A program made the translations under genes and the position numbers. The notes beneath the pieces are model-generated. The model was not told where the DNA came from. It saw only the letters and a program-made list of their open reading frames with translations, and did no database searches. This document shows positions 32,435-33,470 of a stretch of DNA of 33,470 nucleotides, piece after piece. Position 1 is the stretch's first letter. Each line of letters opens with the position of its first letter. Location: the NCBI GenBank assembly GCA_000934665.2, contig JYFJ02005644.1:1-33470 (forward strand), read 5' to 3'. Source of the DNA: Catajapyx aquilonaris. Lineage: Eukaryota.

Positions 32435-32669
32435 ATGTCACATTCACAATATCTCATACCCATTTTTTTGGATGTCCCATTTTCATGTCATACCCATTTT
32501 TTTGTATGTTACAATAATATGATATTGTGACATACAACAAATGCATATGACATGAGAATGTGACATCCAAAAAATGGGTATGAGATATTGTAACGTACAA
32601 AAATGCGCATGACATATTGTAACATACCAAAATGCGCATGACATGAAAATGTGACATTTGCGGTACACC
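32435..32669. repeat. Tandem and inverted subterminal-type repeat block
   Basis: Repeated ATGTCACA/TGTGACAT and ATATTGTAAC-TAC-AAAATGCGCATGAC units, ending GCGGTACACC. Confidence 0.6.
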
Positions 32670-32789
32670 CTGTATCGTGGGTGCTTGGAAATGTCATTCT
32701 CCCACCATAAAAACATGATGCATATTCTGGAGTAAATCCATCGGTTTTACTGCCTTTCCCCCGGTTGGGTTGGTATGTTGTACCTAACC

Positions 32790-33005
32790 AAGCTTTGAAC
32801 CGCTCCGAACCCCGCTCCTGAACCAGGTTCAACTCCGGAGCCGTTTGCTCCGAACCCGCTCCGACCTTGGCTCCACTCTCCCCCGGAACCGGCTTGAACC
32901 CGTCCCCGTTCCGACGCTCACTCCGGACTCCGACTCTACTGCTCCGGAGCGGGTTTGATGTTATCGGGTTCACGGAGAAAGGGTTCGGTTTGGTTCACAA
33001 CCCTG
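32790..33005. mobile_element. hAT-like element end with GCTCCG/GAACC subterminal repeats
   Basis: Terminus GGTTCACAACCCTG (reverse complement CAGGGTTGTGAACC). Confidence 0.55.
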
Positions 33006-33104
33006 CTTCACAACCCTGCTTTGATGTGAAAATAAATGATCTTTGCTGTCCGGAGTGTCTTCGGACGCCCCTTTATTCCACGTTGTAGGATGAGTCCACA
33101 GATT

Positions 33105-33404
33105 AATGGTGCAGGAACTGCAGAAACATATGCACCCACGGGAAAGGGTCCCTGGTTCGATCCCAAGCCTGAGCTTTCTCCCATTCATCTCATGCAGAGT
33201 TGGGTTGTCTCTGGCTTGATCTCAGGTGGATCTCTGTTAGACTAATCCACCCAGGGGAGTTCACAAAATGACCAAGCACCAGCATTGCACATGCACCTTG
33301 CACATACCCTCCCAGTCACCCTCCCCACAGATCCGGGCACTTCGTAAATAGGTTCCAAAATGGACATAATAATGTGCACAGAAGAATAAAGGTCTGTGCT
33401 ACAT
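33105..33404 (+). mobile_element. SINE family A, diverged
   Basis: CCCACGGG...GGTTCGATCCC head, GGGGAGTTCACAAAATG body, AATAAAGGTCTGTGC tail. Confidence 0.8.
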
Positions 33405-33470
33405 AGGGGCCGTCCATAATCCGCGCGAACAGATTTTTTCACTTTTTTACCTCCCCCCCTCCCCTTTGCG

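Noticed and set aside
32435..32669. CRISPR-like repeat array
   Set aside because: Degenerate direct and inverted units without unique spacers, no cas genes, eukaryotic context.
32509..32973. 154-aa minus-strand ORF
   Set aside because: Spans hAT-like subterminal repeats and a tandem repeat block; no domain is recognisable.

Overview
Eukaryotic, repeat-rich genomic DNA, most likely from an arthropod (insect/pancrustacean-like protein sequences; the species cannot be fixed from this window). It holds three spliced protein-coding genes. (1) The 3' half of NSUN2/Trm4 (RNA m5C methyltransferase, + strand, 3195-13080; 5' exons lie upstream of the window). (2) A small two- or three-exon RING-H2/coiled-coil gene (- strand, 21205-20593). 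(3) A complete 192-aa kappaB-Ras/NKIRAS gene (+ strand, 21602-29868) lying head-to-head with the RING gene. The main observation is a pair of tandem homologous NSUN2 exons (9753-9903, absent from the ORF track, and 10050-10191). Both have splice phase 0/1, so they look mutually exclusive and would give two alternative C-terminal RNA-binding regions. Introns and intergenic DNA are filled with nested transposon relics: Merlin, piggyBac-like, Tc1/mariner/pogo, PIF/Harbinger, hAT and Sola2-like elements, LINE tails and four tRNA-derived SINE families, one with a V-SINE-like core. Many are long palindromes showing CpG decay. All family assignments come from motif recognition by eye; no searches were run.
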